From Gemmatimonadaceae bacterium (GTDB taxonomy: Bacteria > Gemmatimonadota > Gemmatimonadetes > Gemmatimonadales > Gemmatimonadaceae): DNA of 64,000 nucleotides. The stretch spans positions 224,001-288,000 of the forward strand of contig JBJMOW010000005.1 of the NCBI GenBank assembly GCA_045803545.1, given 5' to 3'. The notes below the pieces were generated by a model. The model made no database searches. It worked only from the letters and a program-made list of their open reading frames with translations, and was not told the DNA's origin. Of this stretch, positions 1-8,577 are shown in pieces. The translations under genes and the position numbers were made by a program. Each line of letters begins with the position of its first letter. Position 1 is the first letter of the stretch.

Positions 1-106
1 TATCAACATCCATGATGCCGAGCTGAGCGCCGTCGGCAGCAATTACTCTGATTGGACTGATGCGGATCTGTTTGTTGACGCGAACGCGCTTTGTAGTGTC
101 CTGGAT
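1..106 (-). CDS. infC: Translation initiation factor IF-3, 5' part (runs off window start), ATC start codon
   Basis: My translation of the minus strand from ATC at 106 gives IQDTTKRVRVNKQIRISPIRVIAADGAQLGIMDVD, the IF3 N-terminal motif (xNxxIRxxxxRVIxxDGxQLG). GAGGGG lies just upstream. Absent from the ORF track. Confidence 0.93.
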   Translation of the reverse strand, partial: MQDTTKRVRVNKQIRISPIRVIAADGAQLGIMDVD

Positions 107-126
107 ACGCCCCTCTTCGATACTGG

Positions 127-161
127 AAAACAAAAACGCGGACCCAATTCTGGAGTCCGCG
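127..161 (-). terminator. Intrinsic terminator-like hairpin in the infC leader
   Basis: Minus strand CGCGGACTCCA-GAAT-TGGGTCCGCG followed by TTTTTGTTTT, ~20 nt before the infC start. Confidence 0.7.
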
Positions 162-288
162 CGGCGACACTGAGTCCGGTCTGGACGCAATGTCTTGGCA
201 TGAACTCCTGCAGCTCGCCTCGGGAGAACGAGGGCCAAAGGGTGGAGCAGTCCGCCCGGACCGCCCGCTTATCGCATTGTGAGGACGT

Positions 289-317
289 AAGATAGAGGCA
301 GCGGGTTACATCTGCAA
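289..317 (-). promoter_or_regulatory. Sigma70-type promoter for infC
   Basis: Minus strand TTGCAG (317-312), 17 nt spacer, TATCTT (294-289). Confidence 0.65.
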
Positions 318-341
318 GACGGATTTGCGCGGGTTACTGAG

Positions 342-484
342 GACTGAGGTCTGTGACTAAGTGCATCGATCATCGAGGACTAAGTGAGGATGGAGGACAA
401 TCGAGAACTGGATTGCACGGTCCTCGATATCCTCTTATCGATTAATCCTCGATGATCGATGCACTTAGTCCTCAGGCCTCAGTC
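342..484. repeat. Palindromic intergenic element family A, copy 1 (MITE/REP-like)
   Basis: Perfect 25-bp inverted repeat GACTAAGTGCATCGATCATCGAGGA (355-379 / 446-470), extended by GACTGAGG...CCTCAGTC termini. Homologous to 4286-4477 and 23884-24050. Confidence 0.85.
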
Positions 485-529
485 GCCTGACTGCTTCCCG
501 CCCGAACCGCGGTTCTCTAGATTCGCCGC

Positions 530-955
530 ATGACGAAAAAGGTGATTGGCGGCCGCACTGAAAAGCGGATATCCGTGGATGGCATAGGCGGCGTTTTCCT
601 TTACGCCAACGATGCCAAAGTGCTGTCGAACTGGTACGCCCATCACTTCGGGATGCGCATCGAAACCTATGAGGACGGAAAGGTCTACGGCACCGAGTTC
701 AAGTACCGCCGCCTCAGTGATTCGTCCAAAATCGACTCGACGGTTTTCTCGATATCCCAAGCGAAGACTCCGTTGACCGCCGAGCGCAGCGAGTGCGTGG
801 TGAACTATCGCGTGCGCGATCTCACTGCCTTTCTCGCGCAGCTCAAAGCGGACGGCGTCGAGGTCGAGAAGACGGAGGACTTTGACTACGGACGGTTTGC
901 GTGGGTACGGGATCCCGAGGGGAATCGGATTGAGCTGTACCAGCCGCTCAATTAA
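530..955 (+). CDS. VOC/glyoxalase family protein
   Basis: GIGGVF, LSNWY, VNYRVRDL and YGRFAWVRDPEGNRIELYQP motifs. Confidence 0.88.
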   Translation: MTKKVIGGRTEKRISVDGIGGVFLYANDAKVLSNWYAHHFGMRIETYEDGKVYGTEFKYRRLSDSSKIDSTVFSISQAKTPLTAERSECVVNYRVRDLTAFLAQLKADGVEVEKTEDFDYGRFAWVRDPEGNRIELYQPLN

Positions 956-957
956 AG

Positions 958-1177
958 CTGCGGACTGAAGACTTTAGAAGCGCACTACCTCGCTAAGCGC
1001 TTACCGCTACACGCTGTCCGCTAAGCGCTGCCTACGACGAGACAGATTTCTTAGCACGAAGGCGAACTGAACCCGCTTTTCCCTGGACACATCACGGAGC
1101 GTCCCGTTGCCCGCAGCGCTTAGCGGACAGCGTGTTGCGAACAGCGCTTAGCGAGGCCTTAGCCGTTCAGTCCGGAG
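958..1177. repeat. Palindromic intergenic element family B, copy 1
   Basis: Long inverted arms 988-1031 / 1113-1156 built of 7-bp units. Shares the 20-bp TAGAAGCGCACTACCTCGCT with 5183-5202. Outer termini CTGCGGACTGAA...TTCAGTCCGGAG. Confidence 0.8.
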
Positions 1178-2048
1178 TCCTCAGCCGGTAAGCCTTGCCA
1201 TCGTGCTCAACCCTCCCCCACGCATTCTTGGCGTCGTGTTCGAATATCAGAAGCCAATTCTCGTCCATCGCCTGTTTGAGAATCCGGCGCTTCGTCTCGA
1301 GAGTGACTAGCGGTTCGACGTCGTAGCCCATGATCCACGGCAGAGGAAGGTGCGCGGCGGTCGGAACGAGATCGCCGAGGTAGAACGCGCGCTGACCGGC
1401 AGACTCGATGAGGATACTTTGGTGGAAAGGAGTGTGGCCGGGAGTCGGAATCACGCGCACCCCCTTCACGATCTCCTTCTCGCGTGAGACGAACTCGATT
1501 TTGCCGGCGGCTTCCAACGGAGTGAAGTTGCGCGCGAAGTAGCTGGCGGCGGTGCGCTCGTTGGTATGAGTGGCGTACTCGTACTCACCGCGTTTCACGA
1601 TGTATGTGGCGTTGGGAAAGCTGATCTCGACCTTGCCGCCTTTGCCGAGTCGGGTATTGCCGCCTGCGTGGTCGAAGTGAAGGTGGGTATTGATCACCAT
1701 CACGATATCAGTCGGCTTGACGCCAACCTGCGCCAGGCCATCCTCGAGCATCGTCAGTCCCTCTGCGCCACCGTTCTCGAGGCCGTAGATACTTCTGAAC
1801 TTTTCGTCTTCCTTGTTGCCCGCGCCGGTGTCGATCAGGATCAGGCCCGACGGGTGCTCGATCAGCAAGCAGCGCATTCCCATCTGGATCCGATTGCGCT
1901 CGTCGGATGCGATCTGTTTCTCCCACAGCGGCTTGGGGACAACCCCGAACATCGCGCCACCGTCGAGCTTCTGACCACCAGCCTGGATGGCATGGACAGT
2001 CAGCGCGCCGATCTTGCGGCGATCAACGAGTGGAGTCGGCGCGGTCAC
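1167..2048 (-). CDS. MBL-fold metallo-hydrolase (YtnP-like)
   Basis: LDGGAMFGVVPKPLW, THLHFDHAGG, TPGHTPFHQ, WIMGYDVEP, FEHD. Confidence 0.9.
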   Translation of the reverse strand: MTAPTPLVDRRKIGALTVHAIQAGGQKLDGGAMFGVVPKPLWEKQIASDERNRIQMGMRCLLIEHPSGLILIDTGAGNKEDEKFRSIYGLENGGAEGLTMLEDGLAQVGVKPTDIVMVINTHLHFDHAGGNTRLGKGGKVEISFPNATYIVKRGEYEYATHTNERTAASYFARNFTPLEAAGKIEFVSREKEIVKGVRVIPTPGHTPFHQSILIESAGQRAFYLGDLVPTAAHLPLPWIMGYDVEPLVTLETKRRILKQAMDENWLLIFEHDAKNAWGRVEHDGKAYRLRTPD

Positions 2049-3007
2049 GCAGTGGTGTCACGAGTCACAGACGTCGGCATCGCCGGCGGCCGGCGTTTCC
2101 GTTTCTTCCCGGAGCGCGCACCGAGCAGTGCCTGGAGGTCGCTCCATGTTTCGCAGCCGCGGTCGTCGAGATCGCGCATCATCTTCACCAGACATTTCGC
2201 CGTCGCGATGGCATCACCGCCGGCGCGGTGGCGATTGTGAATCGTGACGCCGTAGTAGCGGGCGATGTGATCGAGCGACCGACGCGACAGCTGCGGAAGA
2301 ACCTTTCGCGCGATCTTCACTGTGCAGAGTTTCCGCCCGCGCAGCTGGTGTCCAGTCGCTCGCGATATCTCCTTCGTCAGAAAGTTCCAGTCGAAGGTCG
2401 CATTGTGTGCGACGAAGACATTCCCCTCCAGCACGCGCATCAGATCTGGCGCAACGACGTCGAACGTTGGTTTGTCGCGCACCATGTCCCACGTGATGTT
2501 GGTCAGCGCGCTGATAAAAGGTGGTATTGGTCGCTCGGGATTGATCAGCGTCTCAAAGACTTCCGCAATTTCGCCATTCCGGACGACGACCGCGGCGACT
2601 TCAGTGATGCGATCACCGAACCACAGGCTGCCGCCGGTGGTCTCCGTATCTACGACGACGTATGACAAGGACCGGAGCGGCTCGCCTGACCCTGCATCGG
2701 CATACGACACCGCAATCGGCTGATCGGCGGCGTCAATGTTTTTGCGTGAGCGCCGTCGATCACTCTTGTTCACCGGCACGCTAGGCGTGAGCATCCACTT
2801 TCCGTCGGTCGTGCGCGCAAACTGCGGCCGTCCAGCGAACATTGCGTGCGCCATGTGCTCGGCGACGATTCGCGGTGCACCCGGCAGCGCGCAGATATAG
2901 CCGATGAGATCGACGACGTCAGCCGGCCCGGACGACAGGTAGTTCAGTGCGCGAGTTGTGAGCAGCGTGTCTTCCCGCTCGGTGTAAACGCCGCGCTTCA
3001 GCTCCAC
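2045..3007 (-). CDS. DEDDh 3'-5' exonuclease (DNA Pol III epsilon/PolC-exo-like) with N-terminal extension
   Basis: VVVDTETTG, FVAHNATFD, HRAGGDAIAT. Start placed at GTG 3007, overlapping the upstream stop codon. Confidence 0.85.
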   Translation of the reverse strand: MELKRGVYTEREDTLLTTRALNYLSSGPADVVDLIGYICALPGAPRIVAEHMAHAMFAGRPQFARTTDGKWMLTPSVPVNKSDRRRSRKNIDAADQPIAVSYADAGSGEPLRSLSYVVVDTETTGGSLWFGDRITEVAAVVVRNGEIAEVFETLINPERPIPPFISALTNITWDMVRDKPTFDVVAPDLMRVLEGNVFVAHNATFDWNFLTKEISRATGHQLRGRKLCTVKIARKVLPQLSRRSLDHIARYYGVTIHNRHRAGGDAIATAKCLVKMMRDLDDRGCETWSDLQALLGARSGKKRKRRPPAMPTSVTRDTTA

Positions 3008-4233
3008 GGATCGTCTCGCGTGATTGGACAGGTCATGCAATGCGCGCCGCCACCGCCGCGCACCAGCTCGCCACCCTCGAAGGTGATAACCGCCCGATCG
3101 GTCGGCGAAAGAGCAGCCGGGTTGGAGAGAAAATCGCTTGCCGAGCACATTCTGAATCCGGCATTCTCCAATTCGCGAAGCGTCTGCGAGTTTCGCGTGT
3201 AGCCCGTGACAACGCCCGGCCTCAGCGCGGTGAAGTTACAACCCGATGCCCACTGCTCACGATCCTGGGCGATTCGCCGCGAGCCGCCGCAAAGAATCGG
3301 CTCCATCGGCATCCCACAGTGCTTGAGGGCAGTGAAGAGATCAGGTTGCTGCTTCATGTGCGTCTCGCCCTTTACCCAATGGAGAATCGGAACCCGGTAC
3401 GGGCCGATGAAGTGCGGCGGATAAACGACGCAGAGATCGCGATCGATGTGGGTGAAGATCATGTCGAGATGGATCGCGGTCGGTTCTTCGGGCATCACCA
3501 CTACAATCAGGTTCGTCACCTTAGTCTTCTGGAACACGAGGGTCGCCAGTCCATCGATTCCCGCCGGACTCGAGCGCTCACTGAAGCCGACCATCAGGAC
3601 GTCTTCGCGCAACGGATGGACGTCGCCACCCTCGAGGGTGTGATTAAGACGCCGCTCGACGGAGCCGTCGTAGAGAATACCCCGATTGGCGAGCGATGGA
3701 TGCGACGTGAAGAGCGCTTTCATGATCAGCTCTTCAGTCCAGCGCGCGTGAAAGCGCATTGAGCCGATCATCATGTTCTCATTGATCGCCATCGCCGCGT
3801 CGCGCGTGAAGAAAAGATTGGGGAGCGGCGGCAGCGAGTAGCTGTACTCGTTGAGCGTGCGCGACAGGGGCCCCGGCTCTTCTTCCCTACCTTCGATCAA
3901 CATGTTGACGACAGCGGCCGGCGGCAGCTCGCGCAACTCTGCCGCCAGTGGCTCACTGGGAACGACCTCAAGAGTCTCGCGGATGATCAGCTCGCGCACG
4001 ACGGGATCGGCGAGGACGTCGGTGAGGAGATCGCGCACGTGCAAGACCTCGGCGAACTTCTCGAGCACCTGCACGAAACGCCGGTGCTCCTTCTTGGCGA
4101 CGTCGACGTCGACGATGTCGTCGTAGAGGAACTCGGCGCGCGTCGTTGGCGTCACCGCCAGCAGCTCTTTGCCGGGGCAATGGACGAGGACGGTGCGGAG
4201 CGCACCTATTTCGGAGCTAACATGAACCGGCAT
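2998..4233 (-). CDS. arcA: Arginine deiminase family protein
   Basis: VSSEIGALRTVLVH, FLYDDI, PLPNLFFTRD, LEGGDV, HLDMIFT, ELVRGGGGAHCMTCPITRD. Start at ATG 4233 (MPVHVSSEIG). Confidence 0.88.
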   Translation of the reverse strand: MPVHVSSEIGALRTVLVHCPGKELLAVTPTTRAEFLYDDIVDVDVAKKEHRRFVQVLEKFAEVLHVRDLLTDVLADPVVRELIIRETLEVVPSEPLAAELRELPPAAVVNMLIEGREEEPGPLSRTLNEYSYSLPPLPNLFFTRDAAMAINENMMIGSMRFHARWTEELIMKALFTSHPSLANRGILYDGSVERRLNHTLEGGDVHPLREDVLMVGFSERSSPAGIDGLATLVFQKTKVTNLIVVVMPEEPTAIHLDMIFTHIDRDLCVVYPPHFIGPYRVPILHWVKGETHMKQQPDLFTALKHCGMPMEPILCGGSRRIAQDREQWASGCNFTALRPGVVTGYTRNSQTLRELENAGFRMCSASDFLSNPAALSPTDRAVITFEGGELVRGGGGAHCMTCPITRDDPWS

Positions 4234-4285
4234 CCGCTCAAAATAGACGGCTGGCACCTCCGAAGGAAAGGCGAAAGTGCTGGGA

Positions 4286-4477
4286 GACTGAGGGCCGATG
4301 ACTAACGGCATCTGGGCGACTGAGGGCCGATGACTAACGGCATCTATGATTGCTGACTAAGTGATGAGCGAGGACTGGGTGAGAATCGAGGTCAAATCGA
4401 GGGAAGCGCTTTAGTTCTCGGTGGTCCTCAATTCTTAGTTAATCCTCGATGATCGATGCACTTGGTCCTCGGGCCTC
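4286..4477. repeat. Palindromic element family A, copy 2 (inverted relative to copy 3) with duplicated left end
   Basis: 28-bp direct repeat GACTGAGGGCCGATGACTAACGGCATCT at 4286-4313 and 4318-4345. Right arm TCCTCGATGATCGATGCACTTGGTCCTCGGGCCTC. Confidence 0.8.
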
Positions 4478-4518
4478 GATCCGGATACGGATTACCGTTC
4501 GCGCTCGTGCCGATTAGT

Positions 4519-4536
4519 TTGTGAAGTAATTCACAA
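4519..4536. promoter_or_regulatory. Rex operator
   Basis: TTGTGAA-GTAA-TTCACAA, an exact match to the Rex consensus TTGTGAANNNNTTCACAA, 7 nt before the rex start. Confidence 0.92.
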
Positions 4537-4543
4537 GCCTCCT

Positions 4544-5170
4544 TTGAAGCGGATCGCGGAATCGACTGTCAGGCGCCTTTCGCTCTACCTGAGCTTTCTC
4601 GAAGGGATCGAGCGCCAGGGAGTGAAAACCATCTCGAGCGACGAGCTCGCCCGGCTCGGTGGGACTACTTCGGCGCAGGTGCGCAAGGACCTCTCACTCT
4701 TCGGCTCCTTTGGCAAGCGTGGGCTTGGCTACTCTGTGCCCGAGCTCTCGCGCAAGCTGCGCGAGATTCTGGGACTGGAGAAGCAATGGCGCGTCGTGAT
4801 AATTGGCGCGGGAAAAATCGGCGCGGCCCTCGCCCGCTACCGCGGATTCGCCGACCGCGGTTTTCAGGTGACCGCGGTTTACGACGCTGACGAGACCAAA
4901 ATCGGCAAGCGGTGGGAATCGCTCACCGTACGCCCCGTATCCGAGTTGGAGAAGGATGCTGCGAAGCACGACTTCGACATCGCTGTGGTTGCCACTCCTG
5001 CGGAAAATGCACAAGGCGTCGTGAAGCAGATCGTGCGCGCGGGCATCAAAGCCATTTTGAATTTCGCGCCGATCCAGCTGTCGGTTCCGAACGATGTTAC
5101 AGTGCGGACGGTGAACATGGCGATGGAGCTGGAGGGGCTGTCGTTTGCGCTCTCTAATCGCGCGGAGTGA
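4544..5170 (+). CDS. rex: Redox-sensing transcriptional repressor Rex
   Basis: STVRRLSLY, SAQVRKDLSLFGSFGKRGLGY, IIGAGKIG, GIKAILNFAP. Confidence 0.96.
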   Translation: MKRIAESTVRRLSLYLSFLEGIERQGVKTISSDELARLGGTTSAQVRKDLSLFGSFGKRGLGYSVPELSRKLREILGLEKQWRVVIIGAGKIGAALARYRGFADRGFQVTAVYDADETKIGKRWESLTVRPVSELEKDAAKHDFDIAVVATPAENAQGVVKQIVRAGIKAILNFAPIQLSVPNDVTVRTVNMAMELEGLSFALSNRAE

Positions 5171-5173
5171 GGA

Positions 5174-5387
5174 CTGCGGATCTAGAAGCGCACTACCTCG
5201 CTGGTAGCAGATAGCAGCTGGCTATTAGCTATTCGCTGCAAGCGACGGGACAGGTCGCGATGGAGTCAGAGGAAAAGCGTTCAGTGCGCCTTTATGCGAT
5301 GAGATCTGTCCCGTTGGCAGGCAGCCATCAGCCAACAGCTTGCTGCTAACAGCTACCAGCGCGGCCGCTCGCCTTTCAGTTCGCGGT
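5174..5387. repeat. Palindromic intergenic element family B, copy 2
   Basis: Same 20-bp left flank as copy 1. Arms CGCTGGTAGC.../...GCTACCAGCG, inner stem CGACGGGACAGGTC/GATCTGTCCCGTTG. Confidence 0.8.
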
Positions 5388-6194
5388 TAGCAGTTCAAAC
5401 AGGCGCGCGAATCGCTCCGGACTAACAACTTCCGGCCTCGCACTCGGCTCGATGCCAGCCGACTCCAAAACCGCCAACGACTTGTCGGGAGAAAGACCTC
5501 GCACCGAACGAAGGACGCGCACCATCTGCTTGCGACGCTGTCCGAACGCTGCTTGCACGAACGACCGAAATCCGGCGAGTGAATCGGGAGGAACCAGTGG
5601 CTGCGCCCGCGGAGTCAGGCGAACCACCGCAGATTCGACTTTTGGTCGCGGCTTGAACGCGCCGCTGGGCACGCGTAGCATCTCCTCGACGTTGGCGACA
5701 ACCGCGATGTTCACCGACAACGCGCCGTAGTCCTCATCGTCCGCAACCGCTGCCATGCGCTGCGCGACTTCGCGCTGGACGAGGAAGACCGACCGACGCG
5801 GCATCGGCAACTCGATGGCTTTGAAAACGATCGGCGTGGTGATGTTGTACGGGACATTGCCGATCAGGAGAAAGTTGTCGCCCGCCAGCACGCGCGCGTC
5901 GCTCTCCAGAAAATCGGCTTCCACGATCTCAACATTGGAGGCTGACGCGTATCGTTCGCGCAAGCTCGCGGCTAGCGCACGGTCGATCTCCACGGCAACA
6001 ACCTTTCCAGCTCGCTCGGCGAGGATGTCGGTTAGCGCGCCGCGGCCGGGGCCGATCTCGAGGACAGCGTCGGTTTCGGCCGGCGCCAGCGCGTCGACGA
6101 TCGCGCTGAGTATGATCGGGTCGGTGAGGAAGTGCTGGCCGAACTTCTTGAGGACCGGTGGCTGTCGACCGCGGCCACCGGCCGCGCGCGGCAC
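5376..6194 (-). CDS. rsmA: 16S rRNA m6,2A dimethyltransferase KsgA
   Basis: KKFGQHFL, VLEIGPGRGALT, GNVPYNITTP, QREVAQR, PKVESAVV, FGQRRKQ. Confidence 0.96.
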   Translation of the reverse strand: MPRAAGGRGRQPPVLKKFGQHFLTDPIILSAIVDALAPAETDAVLEIGPGRGALTDILAERAGKVVAVEIDRALAASLRERYASASNVEIVEADFLESDARVLAGDNFLLIGNVPYNITTPIVFKAIELPMPRRSVFLVQREVAQRMAAVADDEDYGALSVNIAVVANVEEMLRVPSGAFKPRPKVESAVVRLTPRAQPLVPPDSLAGFRSFVQAAFGQRRKQMVRVLRSVRGLSPDKSLAVLESAGIEPSARPEVVSPERFARLFELLTAN

Positions 6195-6196
6195 GC

Positions 6197-7783
6197 TCAG
6201 GTCCTCATCACCACCAGCGTGAGGTCGTCACGCCTCGGCACCGTTCGGGTGTGCACCTCCAGCATCTTGAACACACGGTCGACGATCACCTGGGTGTCGT
6301 TCTCGCGATTCTCGCGAATCAAATCCATCACGCGCTCCTCGCCCAGTCGTTCGTCGCGAGTGTTGCGGGCGTCGCTAATCCCGTCGGTGAAGAGAACGAG
6401 CAAATCCTTCTGCTTCACCCAGCTCAGCGATGCAGTCGCCGGCACATCTTCAACCATGCCCAGCGGAGGGTTCGCGGCGGCGAGGCGCGTCACCGTCCCT
6501 TCCTGACTGACCACGAACGCGTGCGGGTGTCCGGTGTTGGCGTACGTCAACTTCCCTTGCTCCGGATCGGCGACACCGTAGAACATCGAGATGAACATCT
6601 CGGTCGATTCGAGCTCCTCGCGTAATGACTTGAGTAACGCGCCAAGCGTCTCGCCAGGATTGACGAAATTCTGGGCGTGGATCGCCGATGCGCTCATCGC
6701 CAGCGCCATGATCAACGCCGCGCGATATCCATGGCCGGATACGTCGCCGATGAGGATGCCGGTGCGCTTGTCCCTCAGTCTGAAGAGTTGGTAGAAGTCT
6801 CCGCCGACGCTTTCTGCTGGAACTACGCGGGCAGTCACTTCCGCTTCCGGCGCCACGACGTCCGTTGCCGGCAGCAGCTTCATCTGCAGATCGTGGGCGA
6901 GGCTCATCTCCTGAAGCAGCCGCTGTCGATCGAGGGATGCGCTGACGAGTCGCGCATTTTGAATCGCCGTTCCGATCTGGGTCGCGATCGCCGTCACCAG
7001 CTTCTGATCGCCTGCTGTGAATGGCTGGCGCGATCGGCGATCCGCCAGGTTTACGACACCCAACGGCTGACCCCCGCTCGGCGTCGTCCACATGATCGGC
7101 ACCGAGAGCATTTCACCCCGGCCATATGGCGACTCGCTGCCAAAAGTCACGCCTTTGCCGACGACGATCAGCGGATGCTGGGTGCGAAAGACGCGCGCGG
7201 AAACGCTGCTCGAGTCATCCGCGCCGATGGGCGGAATTTTTTCCTTCGGCAATCCGAGCGCGGCGACGGCTTGCAATGTATTGGTGCGCGCGTCGTGCAC
7301 CAGAATCGATGCCACGCGCGCACCCACCGTCTCGGAGATTTCGGTGAGAATGGTTTGCGCCGCGTCTTCGAGTGTGACGGTGCGGCCGAGGATTTCTCCA
7401 ATCGTGTAGAGGAGATTGATCTCCTCGTAGCGCTCGGCCAGCTCCGTCGCAGCGTGCTCGACTTCCAGCGCTGCCTGAGTGAATTGCGTCACTACAGGCA
7501 TCAGCAGCTTGATGTGTCTCTCTTCAGGCGAGAACGACGGATCGCACGGACCCACCGTCAGCCAGATTTTCTTGGTCGAGGGAACGCGCGTTACGAGCTG
7601 AGTTCCAAAATTGGTGGGTACCGACTGACCGGGTTCTTCGGGCAGTACGTCCGGCATCTGAACTTTTGGACTGGACCGCGCAATAATCGTCGGTGTGGAG
7701 CGGCCATCGCTGCTTCCCCAGACCGCCGCTTCGCAATGCGTTCCCTCGCGGAACGCCATCAGCACTGCTTCGAGCTCCTTCAC
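6197..7783 (-). CDS. GAF + SpoIIE/PP2C phosphatase (RsbU-like)
   Basis: GAF region followed by VGGDFY, GDVSGHG, NTGHP, FTDGISDA and DDLTLV. Confidence 0.9.
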   Translation of the reverse strand: MKELEAVLMAFREGTHCEAAVWGSSDGRSTPTIIARSSPKVQMPDVLPEEPGQSVPTNFGTQLVTRVPSTKKIWLTVGPCDPSFSPEERHIKLLMPVVTQFTQAALEVEHAATELAERYEEINLLYTIGEILGRTVTLEDAAQTILTEISETVGARVASILVHDARTNTLQAVAALGLPKEKIPPIGADDSSSVSARVFRTQHPLIVVGKGVTFGSESPYGRGEMLSVPIMWTTPSGGQPLGVVNLADRRSRQPFTAGDQKLVTAIATQIGTAIQNARLVSASLDRQRLLQEMSLAHDLQMKLLPATDVVAPEAEVTARVVPAESVGGDFYQLFRLRDKRTGILIGDVSGHGYRAALIMALAMSASAIHAQNFVNPGETLGALLKSLREELESTEMFISMFYGVADPEQGKLTYANTGHPHAFVVSQEGTVTRLAAANPPLGMVEDVPATASLSWVKQKDLLVLFTDGISDARNTRDERLGEERVMDLIRENRENDTQVIVDRVFKMLEVHTRTVPRRDDLTLVVMRT

Positions 7784-8202
7784 CCTCGATGCAACGTCAA
7801 CCGCACGACGTTGCCCTGATTCCTGAAGCTCTCGACTCGATCCATGAGCTGACGCATCAGAAAGAGGCCACGGCCCTCTTCCCTGGTGAGATTCTCGTCA
7901 GTGGTGCAGTCGACGGTGCACTCGTCGAGATCGAACCCAGGTCCTTCGTCGACTATCTCGAATACGAGATCGGTGTCGGTTATGATGGCGCGGACACGGA
8001 CCTGTTTGCCGCCGGTCGATTCGTTGCCGCGCAGGATGGCATTCGACAGCGCTTCAGATAGCGCTACCGGAATGTTCAGCGAGCACTTGGTGGGTGAGAG
8101 CTTGAGCTCGCGACAGCGCTGCCTCGCGAGCTCGACGACTCCTTCTATGTATTCGACGTCGCTCGGGATCTGAAGATCGAATGCGACGCGGGATTCCGCC
8201 AT
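7780..8202 (-). CDS. Anti-sigma factor/serine kinase (RsbW-like HATPase)
   Basis: ALSEALSNAILRGN, IVDEGPGFD, GRGLFLMRQLMD. Confidence 0.9.
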   Translation of the reverse strand: MAESRVAFDLQIPSDVEYIEGVVELARQRCRELKLSPTKCSLNIPVALSEALSNAILRGNESTGGKQVRVRAIITDTDLVFEIVDEGPGFDLDECTVDCTTDENLTREEGRGLFLMRQLMDRVESFRNQGNVVRLTLHRG

Positions 8203-8534
8203 TAAAAACTCTCTAGCGCGCGCTCCCGAGTGTCGGAGATCTGGAACAGTGTGTCCAGTTTGGTGAGCTCAAACAGCGTCTGGAGATCGTCGTTGAGATT
8301 AGCCAGACGCAACTCGCCGCCCTGTTCCCGAATCTTCTTCGACAATGAGACGAGCACGCCCAGTCCGGAGCTATCGATATAGCCGGTCTGGCTGAAATCG
8401 ATGAGGAATTTCTTTTCGCCCTTCTCGAGCTCATCGAGCACTTTTTGCTTCAACTCCTGGCGATTTCCGACAATAAGCTGCCCTTCAACATCTACCACTA
8501 CGACCTCTCCCTGTTTCTTGATCGAGAAACTCAT
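8202..8534 (-). CDS. STAS anti-anti-sigma factor (RsbV-like)
   Basis: YIDSSGLGVLV phosphoacceptor motif, LFELTKLD. Confidence 0.93.
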   Translation of the reverse strand: MSFSIKKQGEVVVVDVEGQLIVGNRQELKQKVLDELEKGEKKFLIDFSQTGYIDSSGLGVLVSLSKKIREQGGELRLANLNDDLQTLFELTKLDTLFQISDTRERALESF

Positions 8535-8577
8535 TCAGTTGATCTCCAAATGTTGATCAGGCCGCGCCGGTTGGCGT

